A stretch of 64,000 nt of DNA from the human T2T-CHM13v2.0 reference genome, Homo sapiens. The DNA is taken from the NCBI RefSeq assembly GCF_009914755.1, contig NC_060933.1; one strand, given 5' to 3'. Positions 26,026 through 40,894 of this stretch are shown here, piece by piece. The position numbers and the translations under genes are program-made. The notes beneath the pieces were generated by a model, which saw only the letters and a list, made by a program, of their open reading frames with translations, had not been told where the DNA came from and made no database searches. How positions within the stretch are numbered: position 1 is the stretch's first letter; each line of letters begins with the position of its first letter.

Positions 26026-26710
26026 ATGGGATGAGACTTTGGGGGACTGTTGGAGAGAGTGAGCCTATTCTGCAGTGAGAGAAGGCTGAACCATAGAGTT
26101 CAGATGTTGAACTGTCACATATAGCTTCAAAAATGGATCTTGAAGATTCTCATCTCCTGGCATTCATACACTTGTGTAACCTCCTCCCCTTGAATGTAGG
26201 CTGGACCCAGTGGCTTGTCTCTAACAAAAATAATGCTGCAAAAGTAATGGCAAGTTGCCGATTAGATTATAAAAAGACTGGGGCTTCTTTCTTGCTTGCT
26301 ATGTCACATTCTGTCTCTTGGAGCCTTTGGTCTGGAAAAAGCCAGTTACCACATGATGACTAGCCCTATAGAAGGGCCCATGTGGCAAAAGGTTAATTTC
26401 TTTCGCTTACGACAGAGACTACTGAAGGCTTGTCAACAATCCTGTGAATGAGATAGGAAGGGGTCTTCTGAGCCTTACCAAAAGCCATGTTGCTGAACTT
26501 GAGTGTGGATCTTCTTTCATTTGGTCCTTGAAATGACCCCAGTCCTGGCTGATACCCTGATTGCAGTCTCGTGAGAGGTCTGGAGCAAGAGGCACCCCGC
26601 TAATGCAGCTACCTCCATTTGTGACCTACAGAAACTGTGAGCTAAGAAAAGTCTGATTTAAGTTGCTATATTGGGGATAATTTGTAATGCAGCAATAGTT
26701 AACTAATACA
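26026..26710 (+). mobile_element. MLT1F-like LTR (about 26113-26710) preceded by the 3' end of MaLR internal sequence
   Basis: gagactttgggggactgttgg (internal end), then ctcctggcattcat...cctccccttgaatgtaggctggacc...gcagcaatag.taactaataca. Confidence 0.82.
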
Positions 26711-28569
26711 TTTTATGAGTATTTCCCTATCTAAGTATACTGTCCCAATATGACAAACACATTTAACATTATGTCAGAGATGCCTGATGATGACCACATC
26801 TGAAGTTGAAAGCAATGCTGTAACTCTTTATTTATTGCACCATTGAAATATGGTGCACTATGTGAACCAAAAGCCATTTAAGAATCAAGTTTATACTTTA
26901 GCTTCTTGCATCAATTAATTAATAAAATTTATATAGGTATTAGCAAGCATCTCTAAATGCAAATAAAATATTAAGATATAATTAAACATATACTATTAAT
27001 AGTAATCAGTATTTAGGATACTGGAATGTTGGGGGTATTTTGTGTCTCTTTGATTTTTGCAAACAACAGAAAATTTGATTTGCCCATTAAGGAGAAACAT
27101 GGATTTTTATTAGACCATTTTCATGTTGCCCCAATATAAACTGACTTCTACTTAAATAGCTAACCCAATTCCTGTACTGCTTCTGAAAAATTTATCAAAA
27201 TATGATCAAAGGAGTGCAGGGACAGTGTGAGACTGGGACTTTCAGGCTATTTTGAGTCATCTGAATCTAAAAATGAGAGCATGACACCTACACTTTTCCC
27301 ATAGTTGTTCAATATCAGGAATCTAGGACAGTGTCTGTTCAGTAAATCAGAGAGTTAATGTTAAATTTTATATAGCAAAGATAAAAAAAAAGCTGTAAGA
27401 AAAAAATTATAAAGTGTTGGGAGAAAGCAGGAGTGCAGTTCTCACACAAAAAAAATAAACTTGAGAGCTGAAAATCTTCCACTAGCTATCTTGTGACAAT
27501 ACAGTGAAGCATGAGCCCCAAGCGAGGGACCTGCTTTGGTAGTAGGCTAATGAGAGACTCAGAAAACAGGTATCCTAGTGATTAAAAGGTTTCTCATAGG
27601 TGATTATAATTGTTTTTACATGTTTGAAGTCAGCCTGGTTTTAATCCCAACAGAAATTTCTAATGAATACTGCATTTTCTGTGGAAGCAACAATTCATAA
27701 TTTCCCTTTATTCTTGTTTGTTACTACAAAAGACTCTGTCTCAGAGGGCTTTGATTAAGATGATGAGACAATAAAACAAATAGAGAGTCCATTAAATGCC
27801 TGCCTGAAACCAGAGCTGCACCACTTAATATGAAAGACTCTTCAGAACCAATAATGAAATAATCATCCTTTTTCCATGACTGATAAGAAAATGAAGGCTA
27901 GATACAGATTTGGGAAAACTAATTTACACTGGAGGAGGGAAGAAGGGAAAGAAGAGCAACTACAGAAAATCAACTGTTAATAAATATCAGAGACTGCAGA
28001 GAAGTCACGAGATAAGCTGCAGCGTATGTTCCTCCAGCTAGAAAATCGCAATCATTTCTCTGAGAAGAGAAGCTGATAAGGTCCCCTCCCCTCCACCCTG
28101 CAATCATTTTGCATTTTATGTTATTTGAAAAGAGCTTGATTATTTTCCTTTGAATGAAACCAGATTGATTCACATTTACCTGTCAACAGAATGTTCCATT
28201 CCTCTGTTTTGCTTGTCTATTTAAAGGCATATGACCTGACTATGAAATTCCATATACAAACGTTCAGTTAAATGTAAGTAAATAAAAATGAGTGACCAGC
28301 TTGCATTTTAAATATTTTATATTTTTATTTCTGGTAGCAAATTATGCTAAATTAGAATCCACTGATTGATAAATATCACTGATATGGAGTAATGAATTGA
28401 GGTCATGAATATTGCTTTACTCAAGGTCAGATACAATCTTTAAAAATCATACGCAGAGGAAAAAGCTGCATGTGAACATGATAATTATGCTATTTGAAGC
28501 CTATTTTAAGGGGGCAAATACAACATATAATCTTCTCCTGTTTTGTAAACTTGGATAAATGTGTAAGTA

Positions 28570-29766
28570 CACTCATGTATCACTTGATGATAGGAATACA
28601 TTCTGAGAAATGTGTTGTCAAGCGATTTTTCATTGTATGCACACCACAGAGTGTACTTACACAAACTTAGGTGGTATAGCCTACTACAAACCTAGGCTAC
28701 ATGGTATAGCCTATTTCTCCTAGGCTACACGCCTACACATCATGTTACCATGCTGAATACTGTAGGCAACTGTAACACAATGGCAAGTATTTTTGTATCT
28801 AAACATATCTAAGCATAGAAAATGTACAGTAAAATATCATCTAAAAGATAAAAAATGGTACACCTGTGTAGGGCACTTACCATGAATGGAGCTTACAGGA
28901 CAGAAGCTGCCCTGGGTGAGTCTGTGAGCGAGTGATGAGTGAATGTGAAGGCCTAGGACATTACTGTGCACAACTGTAGACTTTATACGCACTGTAAACT
29001 TTGGCTACACTAAATTTATTTTAAAATATTTTTTCTCAATAATAAATTAACCTTAGATTACTGTAACTTTTCTACTTTATAAACTTTTTAAAAATTTTTT
29101 GGCTCTTCTGTAATAACAGCTTAAAACACAGACATATTGTACAGCTGTACAAAAATATTTTATTTCTTTATACCCTTATCTTACGAGCTTTTCTGTATTA
29201 AAAATAATCTTTATACTTTAAAAATATTTTTTGTTAAAAACTAAAACACAAACACACATATTAGCCTAGGTCTACACAGGGTCAGGATCATCAGTATCAC
29301 TGTCTTCCACCTCCACATCTTGTCCCCACTGGAAATTCTTCAGGGGGAATAAAAGGCATAGAGCTGCCATCATCTATGATAACAATGCCTTCATCTGGAA
29401 TACCTCCTGAACGACCTGCCAGAGGCTATATTACAGTTAACTTTTTGTTTATAGGTGGAAAGAGTACACTCTAAAGTAATAATTAAAAGTATAGCATAGT
29501 TAATACATAAACTAGTAACATAGTCGTTTATTATCACTATCAATTATGTACTGTACATAATTTTATGTGCTCTACTTTTATAAAACTGGCAGTGCATAGG
29601 TTTGTTTACACCAGCATCGCCACAAACATATGAATAATGTGTTGTGCTACAATGGCTGTGATGTCACTGGGTGACAGGAAACTTCAGCTCCATTATAATC
29701 TCATGGGACCACTGTCATGTACTTGGTCTGTTGTTGACAAAAGCATTGCTAAGCAGAACATGACTG
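28570..29766 (-). mobile_element. Tigger3b-like (GOLEM_B) element, about 1.2 kb, complete
   Basis: Ends ca(c)tcatg...catgactg, each flanked by TA; shares terminal sequence with the Tigger3a at 8.6 kb. Confidence 0.92.
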
Positions 29767-30139
29767 TATTGCTCTATCAAGTAGAGACAGACAAGAGGAA
29801 TGTGCAAAGGCAAATAAGAAGTGAGGAGCTGGTCAGTATACTTATATGGGTTTAACTTCACTTGTTGAAATAGGGCGCTGGGATCCTGAGCGATAGTGGG
29901 AAAATAGTTCTAATAGCACATTGCATATTATCTCTTAATATTGTAAACATTTTGCTTATTACTAAAAGGGGATGTGGAACAAAATGCTTCTCTGAGCATC
30001 AATGCAGTTGGGTTCTAGTATGGATTCTATAGCTTATAAAGTTTGTATCTTTAGTAAGTCAGTGACACTTTTTTGTTTTAGTTATTCCATTCTACTAAGT
30101 GAAGGAGTCAAATAGTATTATCAAGGACCAGTTGAACCC

Positions 30140-30240
30140 TACGTGTGTGTGTGTGTGTATACAGATACCTATGGTATATATGTGTGTGTGTGTATATATA
30201 TACATATTTATACGAATACATATATACATATGTGTGTGTT

Positions 30241-30296
<56 letters not shown>

Positions 30297-30318
30297 TATA
30301 CATACATACCCATATATA
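30140..30318. repeat. Alternating purine-pyrimidine tract (TG)n/(TA)20/(CA)n
   Basis: seen directly; (TA)20 at 30245-30284. Confidence 0.95.
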
Positions 30319-31194
30319 CAACTTTTAAAACAAACAAATTGTTAAGCTGACATGGTGTTAGCCCTCAAAGCTATGAAAACTTGAGCATACATCTTGGATA
30401 AAAAAAGGTAACTTACGTGGAATCTCAATTTCAGCATGCTGTTTACATAATTCACAAACAACATTTAGTTGAAAACATATGTTTGGAAAATAAATCAAAA
30501 TATTCTGTTTGTGAAATACAGAATTGATGCTTTAAAGGATGAAACATGCTTTGGGTGATAGAAACTGTGTTCACTATCAACAGAATATCTAGTTTAGTCT
30601 AAATACAGGCCAATTGGTCATATCCGTAGTAAGCCAATGGGAAGACATTTGTTGGGGATTAAGTAGGGACTGTGCTGGTCTGTTTCAGTATGTTTTTCAG
30701 TGTGTTGATATTAATACAAAGTTTTGAAATTTTGGTACTTTTTGTTAAAGTATTGGTTTTATTTTCCTCAATTCATCACACAACTTGAAACCTTTCATTT
30801 GAATGGAGCATTCGCTTCCCACAGAGTCTGTGGTATTGTTGCTTTTAGCTAGACCCTAGCAGTGTTCCTCAGCCATCAACATTTTTAAATGCAAAAAAAA
30901 AAAAAAAGTGTATACAAAGACAATTTTAGGAAGTATACATAGGCTGTAAATTATTTATAGTGCTTAAGGATTGAAACAGCTACAGGCTGTCAAGAATAAG
31001 AAAAGACAATTACCTAAAAAGTAGGGGTGAAAACAGAGTTATAGGCTGGTCATTGTTTCATTATTATTAAATACAAAGGCTACATAAATGCTGATATTTA
31101 GAAAATATTTTAAAAATCTGAGAATTCTAAACTCTTCTTCTCTTACCTAAATTATTTTGAAGAATTAAAAGATAAAAGGCTGTACAGTTTGGAG

Positions 31195-31390
31195 GATAGT
31201 CCTCTGGACATAAAGATGGGGAGGCCAAGATTCTAGCCCATGTCTGACCACTTGTTACTTATGTGAGGACTTAGCATACCTGACCTTCAATGTTCTCATA
31301 TGAAAGATAAGAGAATTATCTGCCCATAAGAATAAATATGTGGGGGTACATTGTGAAACTCACACGATCCAAAACATGAGTAATTACTAT
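31195..31390 (+). mobile_element. MIR
   Basis: ttctagccc.tgtctgaccactt..tacttatgtga...ttctcatatgaaagat. Confidence 0.55.
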
Positions 31391-31669
31391 TACCAATATC
31401 TTAAGGTTTCTTCCTACTTCCTGGAACACAGAGTGAAATTATATGAAATAGTCATGTCTGATCAAGCATGCATATTTGGTTCCATCCATCTAATTGATCA
31501 TTTTATATGTATTAAACACCATTCTAAGTAAATCACAAATCTCCTTGCTCTGAAATAATTCAGAAATGAACAACACAGTATCTCTGCCATGATATACCTT
31601 TTAATTTAATGGAGACACTCATCTCTTAAGGTACCAATGTTGTGTTCATACACTCTTTTATAAGGAATG

Positions 31670-31915
31670 ATTCAATAATTTTGCTCTAAAGTTAGACAGG
31701 TCTAGGATTCTAATCCCATCCCTACTCTACTTTATACGGTTATGCCATTTTAAACAAATAACTTTATTTTTCTAAGTCTTATTATCCTTACAGGTAATAT
31801 GCACTCAAATAGTACTTAATTCAGAGGGTTGTTGTGAATATTACGTGAAATCATGCATGCAAAACATCTAGCATATTTCCTGTCTTGTAATATGTATGCA
31901 ATACATAAATATCCA
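31670..31915 (+). mobile_element. MIR
   Basis: tctaaagttagacagg.ctagg.ttctaatccc...agagggttgttgtgaatatta. Confidence 0.65.
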
Positions 31916-31954
31916 CAATTTTTCTTTGGTCTTTTCCTTACCATAATCTTTATG

Positions 31955-32903
<949 letters not shown>

Positions 32904-35054
32904 TGAGTTAATCTTCCAGTCTACTCTGGCTTCCTTTTCCTGTCAACACTCCTTTCATGTTTCAGATACTCAATAAATGATTTTTGAAGGAATGAATGTT
33001 CCCTTTCTGTATTTCTACTTTTTATCTTTTTCTTTATGATAGCTCCAGTCCACACAAGCTTCAGGAAAATAATTGGCTCACCACTCTATCAGACATTGAG
33101 CAGGGAATTGCATAGCATCAAGCTTTTTGACACTGGAGTCTCTCAAAACTTTGGCAGGACTAATCTAGAAAAATAATAATTTCAAATAAGTGTTATGCAG
33201 TGAAAGAACACAAAAAGGCTACTGAGAATTTTTAACCATGTATAAGGAAGTAAAAGTGTGCATTTAGGTTTACTTATATTTTTGATAATAAAATTTGAGG
33301 TTTATATTTTTTAGTCTTTTAAAAATATCTGGTTGAGCTCACTTATTATTTTAATTTCACTTAGCACTGTGGCTTTGCATTTCTTTAATCTTTTGCAGTT
33401 TTCACTGGGAGATTTTTAGGCTATAAACACACACGTGCAATTAACTGGGTTGAAAACATACACCATAAAATCAAACCAAACTTAGAAAATAAGTTTGGTT
33501 AATTTTTGTACCCTAAGTGTCCATTTAAAGTTTCACTGGAAATTAACCCTTATGTGAGCAATTTTGTAGCCCTCTGTCAAATAGGTTTTTTTTTTCTTTT
33601 ATTCATTTACTTAACATGGACTCACTTAGAATTCAAGCAACTTTTAGAACTGACACATGCGATGTGGAAGCGTACCATGTATTTTACTGTTTCTCTGCTG
33701 CTCTCAAGTCATTCTCAAGAATTTTAGTTAATTTCTTCTCCATGAATATTTTTTAGTGACTTGGTTTGGAATTCCTGAGATTTGGCATTTCAATGTGCTG
33801 GATTACCGAGGAACATCAGCTCAAATGCAAACTTAGGAGTTAGTTTTAAACTGGTCTGAAATTCTCACATGTTCTAAAATAAAAATGAAGTGGATAGATG
33901 CCTTATGATTCCCTTGGGTTAAGAGTGTCCATAATCAGTGTCTTACCTTAATGGAAAATATCTGATTTATCCCTGAGATAGATGACTGCATATAGTATAT
34001 CTTCAAATAAGAAGAGGTAGATGAACAGAACTTCTTAATTGGCTCCTACATGCATCCCATTATGGAAGGTCTGCTTTTGATTCTAAGGTCAGGCCTCTTA
34101 CTTCCAGATTCATCAAGCAACTTGGGTGACTTTTCAGGAAATTCTCAGCCATGGCAGGAAGATATAACTTATGATTTTTATGATTAAATATTTATATAGT
34201 ACCAAAGACATGTGGGCAGCAGGTCAAGTGTTATCTACAAGGCTTAGATTGAAAGACGGCTGAGAGCCTTAGGGCTTCTCTGATGATGAGTGCACAAGGA
34301 GACACAATATCATCCCCTAGGTAAAAAAAAGAAAGAGGAGAGAATGACTAGTTGCACCTAGGGTATTTTGTAATATATATATAACTAAGTTGATTCCTTA
34401 AGGAAGGGCTCTATACTATTCGTGTATTATTGCTGGGATAAAGATTTATTTTAGAAAACATGGAAGAACTTTAAGCACATTCTCTTATTCAGGGTCCTAG
34501 TATAAACTTCTGTTATGTAAAATACCTGTTAGATGCCTTAAGTAAAATCTCTAATGCAATTGCTGTCCCGTATGCCCTATGGTACACACCAGAGTCCTTA
34601 ACCAGAAAACTCAAAGTCTGTAAAATGCATCTCTACTGGTAGAATTCACATGCAGTGATTTGCTGCTATGAAGCGCTAATGAGAGGAATGAAAATAAGAC
34701 CAGACTAAATATAAATGGTGAGAACTGATAAAAGTGTTATAAAGGAAACCAAGATCAATTTAAACCTAGAGAAAGTTTTAGCCACAGATCACCATATTTG
34801 GAAAGATGAATATAAATAGGTTAAATAGAATTTTAAATATATTTCAGAAATATGCCTAGAGTCACAGAGCATTTAAAATATACAAGTCAATTTCCTAAAT
34901 AAAGGTAAAGTAAATTCAAATTTAAGTTTCAAAAATGATTTTATTAGAAACACGCTAAAGTAATTTATATATAAATTATAAACATCATATATATATATAG
35001 CTGAAATCTTATTTACAAAAAAGTATGGCCCTGCTGTGATTACTGGACTTGGCA

Positions 35055-35180
35055 TTAGAGAATTTGCTTTCTGATTCTAGCTCTCCTACTTCCTAGCAGT
35101 GTGGTTTAGCAAGTCTTTGAAACTTAGTTTCTGATTGTAAATTGGCAATGCCTATTTACCTACATAAAGTTGTTATTGGT
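35055..35180 (+). mobile_element. MIR fragment
   Basis: ttctagctctcctacttcctagc.gtgtg...agttt...tgtaaattgg. Confidence 0.55.
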
Positions 35181-35530
35181 CCAGTGGTGGCCACAAGATC
35201 TGAAATGTTAATCAAATCAAAGGGGCAGACTAGTCAGGGCATGGTTGAAGGCTAATGTTGACTCCCACTGTCTGTTAGCGAGGAAATAAGTTGCCTCTGC
35301 TCCTACTGGGAGCCATTTGGTGACCATGAGCAAGCCAGCTTGGCAAACAAACAAAAACAAAACAAAACCATGAAGAGGAGTTTAGAAAGCAGAAATCAGA
35401 AAATTTGAGCAAAAATCCTGATATCCTACAATGAGAGTCTTTCTGGCCTTTGGACTTTTTGTTATGTGAGATGAAACACATTCCTTTCATTTAACCCAAT
35501 TTGAATGTGATCTGTTTTATTTCTAACATC
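35180..35530 (+). mobile_element. Old MaLR LTR fragment (MLT1K/L-like)
   Basis: gagccatttggtgaccatgag...tggactttttgttatgtgagat...ttcctttc.tttaacccaatttga. Confidence 0.5.
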
Positions 35531-35659
35531 TTCTTACATTTCTACAAAGAGCACTTCAGGAAAATTCTTCTCTCTTCTTTATCTGAATCATGTAGGTATT
35601 AAATTTCTATGAGTGAAAACAGTTTACACTTGTTGGCTTCACCTATGAGCAATATATTT

Positions 35660-35790
35660 TGTTGATATTTTACACATGTAATCTTATTTAATCCTACAAC
35701 CCTCTCACTTTATAGATTAAGGACCCAACACTCAGAGAATAAAGCAATTTGCCTAAGGTAACACAGGATTCCAACCAAGACTGTCTGTTG
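35660..35790 (-). mobile_element. MIR
   Basis: ttaatcctacaacc...ttatagattaagga...ctcagaga.taaagcaatttgcctaaggtaacacag. Confidence 0.65.
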
Positions 35791-37589
35791 CAGATTTCAT
35801 TGATTTTTTCATTACGCCACTCAGCAAAACAATTGTAAATCCTTGTGGAAGATTCCCTGGTTGGCAGAGATCTGCTAAAAGTGGATTCCTTAAGAGGTAT
35901 CAAGAAATACCCTGGATAATCAACAATGCTTTTGCAGTGAATAAATGTGATGGGGGAGTTCCTTTATCTTTCTAACCAAAAACTGCAAAAACCTTTAGAA
36001 CAAAGAAATTATTAAAGCTTACACAAAACCATCATTGATTACATTTCCCCATGTGGTTTTCCTCTCTATTGTAGAAATCCTTTCCTAATTCAAAAGAAGC
36101 TATTATTAAAAAGCTAATCTCTTCTTATATGAAGCACAGTGTATGCTGCAAATATCTTAAATTCTGTTCTAAACACCGTTTTACTGAAGGGTTAGAATAG
36201 CAGGACTATTATCAAGTCATAAGAGAAAAGAATAGACACCTCTGAATAAATATATGGAAAATCTTATCATGAAAAGTGGTTTATTTGACTACAAACACTG
36301 ACATCTTCAGAAAAGCTTTTTTCTTTTTTTGTAAGCAACATACAAAATTGCTGGAAACTGCCATATACATGTCAGGAGCAAGAAGAAAACTAAAATAAAT
36401 GTTGGAAACAGGCAGCATTAAAAAACAATGCTGACTTAAGTAGAAGGAAACAGGAAGTTAAGAAATATAAATAAACTCTTGTGTTTGCATTTTGGTGGCA
36501 AGGTCTTTCCTATTTTTCTCGATTGAAGAAAACTGTGGAATGCTTATTTGGACAACTAATATTTGGCAAAGGTGAGTGCAGCAAAATTTAAATCAATAAT
36601 TCTGTTGATACCAAGTTTATTTTGATCAGTCTTCCTAAGAACAATGTAAATGTTAACTAGTATGTCTTTAATAAGGCAATAGGATAGGATAGGACATACA
36701 TGGGGAATAGAGTACTATATTATAGACTTGGTGATTAAAAAAAAACATTGATTTCCTATTACAGGGTTAGGATCAGGCTCAAACATTGAACTTTTCTAAG
36801 CCACTTAAGTTTTAAATATCTTACTGATAAAAATAATTAACAAATGTCTTACAATATTCTCAATGCATTTAAAAGGTAAAAATAATGTTTTGTTGATTGC
36901 AAAATCTATACAAAATAATTCTCATTAATTTAAATAAACTGATTATTTGGGATGAGGGACTAATTTTGATGTGATAATTATAGCACAGTCATTAACTCAT
37001 TTTAATGATAGTTGCCAAATGTTTACCATGCAGAAAGCCTACAACTGGAAGCTGTGGAGCACAGCAAAAAGCCCATAGTGAAGTGTGATCATTACCCTCA
37101 AGAAACATTTAGGAAATGAAACACTAATAACTATTTTAGAAAGAGGAGAGAGTGTTGAATACACTAATAAAGATGGACACGAACTTTTGGTGGAGTTCAG
37201 TGCAAGAAGTGCTTGTTTCAACCGGAAGATAAGAAAAGCCTTGATGGAAAAGATGCCATTTGGATGGACTTTGGATAGTGTGTTGGGTAGCACACACAGA
37301 GGTGGAGAACATGACTGAGTCGAGTCCAGTGTTTGGAAAGCCTAGACAGTTTGTCAGCAGTAGTAACAACGATTAATGAATCTCTTCATTCTACTAAATT
37401 TGCACTCTATTATAACACAAATCTTATTGTCAGATCTATTGCAGTCTTACCTTTCTACAGATTAACCCGAAGTCCCTATGCAAGATGGTTAAAAATTTAC
37501 TGAATACTTCTCTTTAATATCCTGATATGTTTATGACATTTTAATTTTCTTTTGGACATTTTTCTTATCAAGTAGGAGACATTAAAGCT

Positions 37590-37815
37590 GTCCCTGACAG
37601 CTGTTTTCCAGTATTCTACTATTGTTGGATTGAAAATTTTTCATTTTCAAAATGTCCCAAAGAAAACTGTCACAAGTTATTAGATCCAGATGTTGAAGAG
37701 GCCACATTACATCAGATGCAAGCTTGATCAACAGTCTCCTAACCCTTTTATCAGGATCTTCTCTAGTTGGGGGATGGGGGGTGTAGTGGTACATTATTAG
37801 TTGTTGCCTTGAAAC
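37590..37815 (-). pseudogene. Decayed Tc1/mariner-superfamily transposase fragment (catalytic C-terminal region)
   Basis: WPLQHLDLITCDSFLWDILKMKNFQSNNSRILE resembles WPPRSPDLxPCDFFLWGYLKxKVYxNNPRTLE. Upstream, frameshifted QQ/NNVPLH resembles QQDGAPPH. Confidence 0.7.
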
Positions 37816-38288
37816 TTCTGTCTTGCAGTTGTGAATTAGCAGTATGAATGACATTTGTATTGAGAAAATATGTTCCTACCAAATGATCTTCTGAACTGCT
37901 GCACATGTAACCTGAGGACATGCTCAGTTAGCACTGAACACAACTGTTCAGTTATGGGGACTTTATAGCCACTTTGCTCTTGATCTTTGAAGCTTGGCTT
38001 TCTTATTTCATTTACTTAAGAGTGCTTTTCTAACTGTTCTTTAGTCCGCCTCTTAAATGTTGTTGTTTCTTCAGGTCACTGTCTTTAGACATGTTCTCTT
38101 CCAATGTCTGAATAGTCTCATGCACTCCTAATACATCACCTTTGTTATCCCCATTGATTCTCACATCAACCGTCTTTATCCCTTTCTTGAGCTCTAAACA
38201 TCTATTCCCAGCTGCCTATTTGCCATGTCAATCTAGAAACAATATTTTAGATACAAGTTTAAACTTCAAAACAAATTCTGAAAAGTCA

Positions 38289-38441
<153 letters not shown>

Positions 38442-40894
38442 TCAGATATACTTTTCCCCCTTTTATCTGAAATTTAGAAAGCCTAGGTGATGGAGTCAGG
38501 GCCACAAAACTGGCATATAGTAGAGCTTGGACTTTATTCCATTTTAAAACCTTACCCATTGAATTGCATGTTTTTGTTATGCTTTACCACATATCCCATA
38601 GGAATCTCAGTCTGTTTTTCACATCATCATCTATCAATTCTCTCAAATTAGAAAATTTAAAATCACTTCTTCCTCTCCCTCTATAAGTCATTAACTCTGT
38701 CCCTGAGGTATCATTTTAATCTTCTATCAGTCCCACTGTTACAGTTCGGGTTCTTATTGCATCTTTTCAGGAAGCCATCCTACCATTTTTCCTATTCCCA
38801 AGATTTTCCTCCCCTTGATCCATTCTCTCCATCTCTGCCACAGTCATATTTCCCAAAAAGTTCAAATTGGATTAGAGGCAATTTTGATTTTCTTCTTTAT
38901 GTGTTTTTGCAGTTTCTGATGTAGCAAGCGGGTATTTTATGGACTCAGACAAACAATACATGCTTTATAGCAAAGAAAAAGGTCTTAGGAAATATGAAAT
39001 TCTTATGTAGAAAATGGCTATTTTAGAGATGTGTTATAGAAAAGCTAATTTGAGTGTAGAGTATGAGAAGAATTGGAGAAAGAAAATCAAGCCATAGACT
39101 GGCTTTTTCTGCTCACTGTACTCTTAAAATTTACAGTTTAGGTAAAGATAGGCACAATATATCTCTGATTTGGGGATCAGATTAAATTGGGAACACTGAG
39201 AATTTTGCCCTGAGTGATCCACTGCCTTTCTGGGTCAACTTAGACTAATACTGGCTGCATTACTGCTAAAATTAATGCTGTGCGCCAGGGAACAGATGTG
39301 AATTCATCATGTGAATTCAAGAATAGGGACTTCTGATTTCTAATCCAGCCTGATACTCTCTTTAGCTTTGGGGAATTGAGTTGGTAAATCTGCTTTGCAG
39401 AAATGTAGTTAGTAAATATGCACAGGCCTTGTTTCATTAGCGAATATGTCTGATGCTTCCAGTGACTACATTTCTCACTGCAAACAGGTCTCTTTATATA
39501 AAGTTACTAATTTTTTTCCTTGGAGTTTTCTTACTTATCATCACAAAATCAAGTTCATAAATTAATGGATGATGTTAATCTACTATTAAGGAGACCAAGT
39601 CAGCTAGTTTAATCCACTCATGTTTGGATAAAGCCTAGCTCAGACACTTTACAGAGTTTCCTAGCCTCTAAGCATTACCGGGTTCTCAACTTTTAAAGGA
39701 ACACTCACGAGTCCTTTGCTTCCAACTATAGAGTACTCTATATAACTCTGGCTTAATTTTGGAAGGCTCACAGATGAAATGTTTACATTGCATTTATGTA
39801 AGATATTTAAAACAAATATTAAACCAGTCAATTCAATGATGGTTTTAAATTGATGGTCCTGTTAAATGCAACTGAAAAGAACATAAATAGTGAATAGATT
39901 TTGCTCTGTACAGCCTTGTAAAAATAGCTTTTGACACAGATTTACTTGAAATTGTGCTAATATTATATTGTATATTAAAAATGACCAAAAGAAACCTATC
40001 AGAACCATTTATAAATGTCTCAAATTATTATCATTATTATCACAAAACAATATGCAGAACTAAGAATTTCAGAGTTCATAAGACAACTTATTGTTCCTGG
40101 AGTTAGGATACACTTCCTCAAGTATCTGCGGCATTAAAGAAAAGGTGAAGTGTGTGACTATTGAAGAATGCAAATTAATTCATAGTAGCTTTGCAGATCT
40201 CTAGGGGTGGCAATTTAATCTAATGGGAATTTAATAGCTCATATTAAACACATTACTAATCTGATGCTTTGCTTACAGTAATTTAGAAACAGTGAAATAA
40301 TAAATCACTTATTTAAAAAAAATCTTCTGGAATTTGAATCTTTTCTTAACTAAGAAACAGCAGGTAGGAAGAATCCTTGTTGTTTTCAAGTGAATTCCCA
40401 TCAAGTTTTGTATTCATGTTGAAACATTAAGTAAACACATTTAATTCAGACAACTTAAACCAGTGTCTTTTGTCTAATCATATAATACTGTAAATATGAA
40501 CTAAGTACTTCACCAGTTCACATTTAACTACACATTGGCTTCCACTTCATATTCTTGATGAGCAGGGAGCATGATCATGTATATCTAATTATAAACACAT
40601 GGTAATGCGTTGCTTAGGTTTCATGCTCAATTACTTCTAGATAATAATAATAATATAGATCCAAAAGAAACCATAAAAGTATGCCAAAATTCAAAACGTT
40701 TTCCCATAGAAACTTGAAAAACAAAGCATCATTAAGACAGTCTTCTTTCTTTGCATTATCTAAAATGACATTGAGCAAAGTTTTCTTAGCACTAAGCATA
40801 CATTTTATATCTTTTTTGTGGCTTTTAGTTTTTATCATTTTGCTTATACTCAGATATTTCTGTATGCTGTAATTGCCAAGTCAATACAGTATAA

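Noticed and set aside
30095-30350. Stack of ORFs in five frames
   Set aside because: Dinucleotide repeats lack stop codons.
40198-40212. CTCF-like tctctaggggtggca
   Set aside because: Spacing does not fit the CCASYAGRKGGC core.
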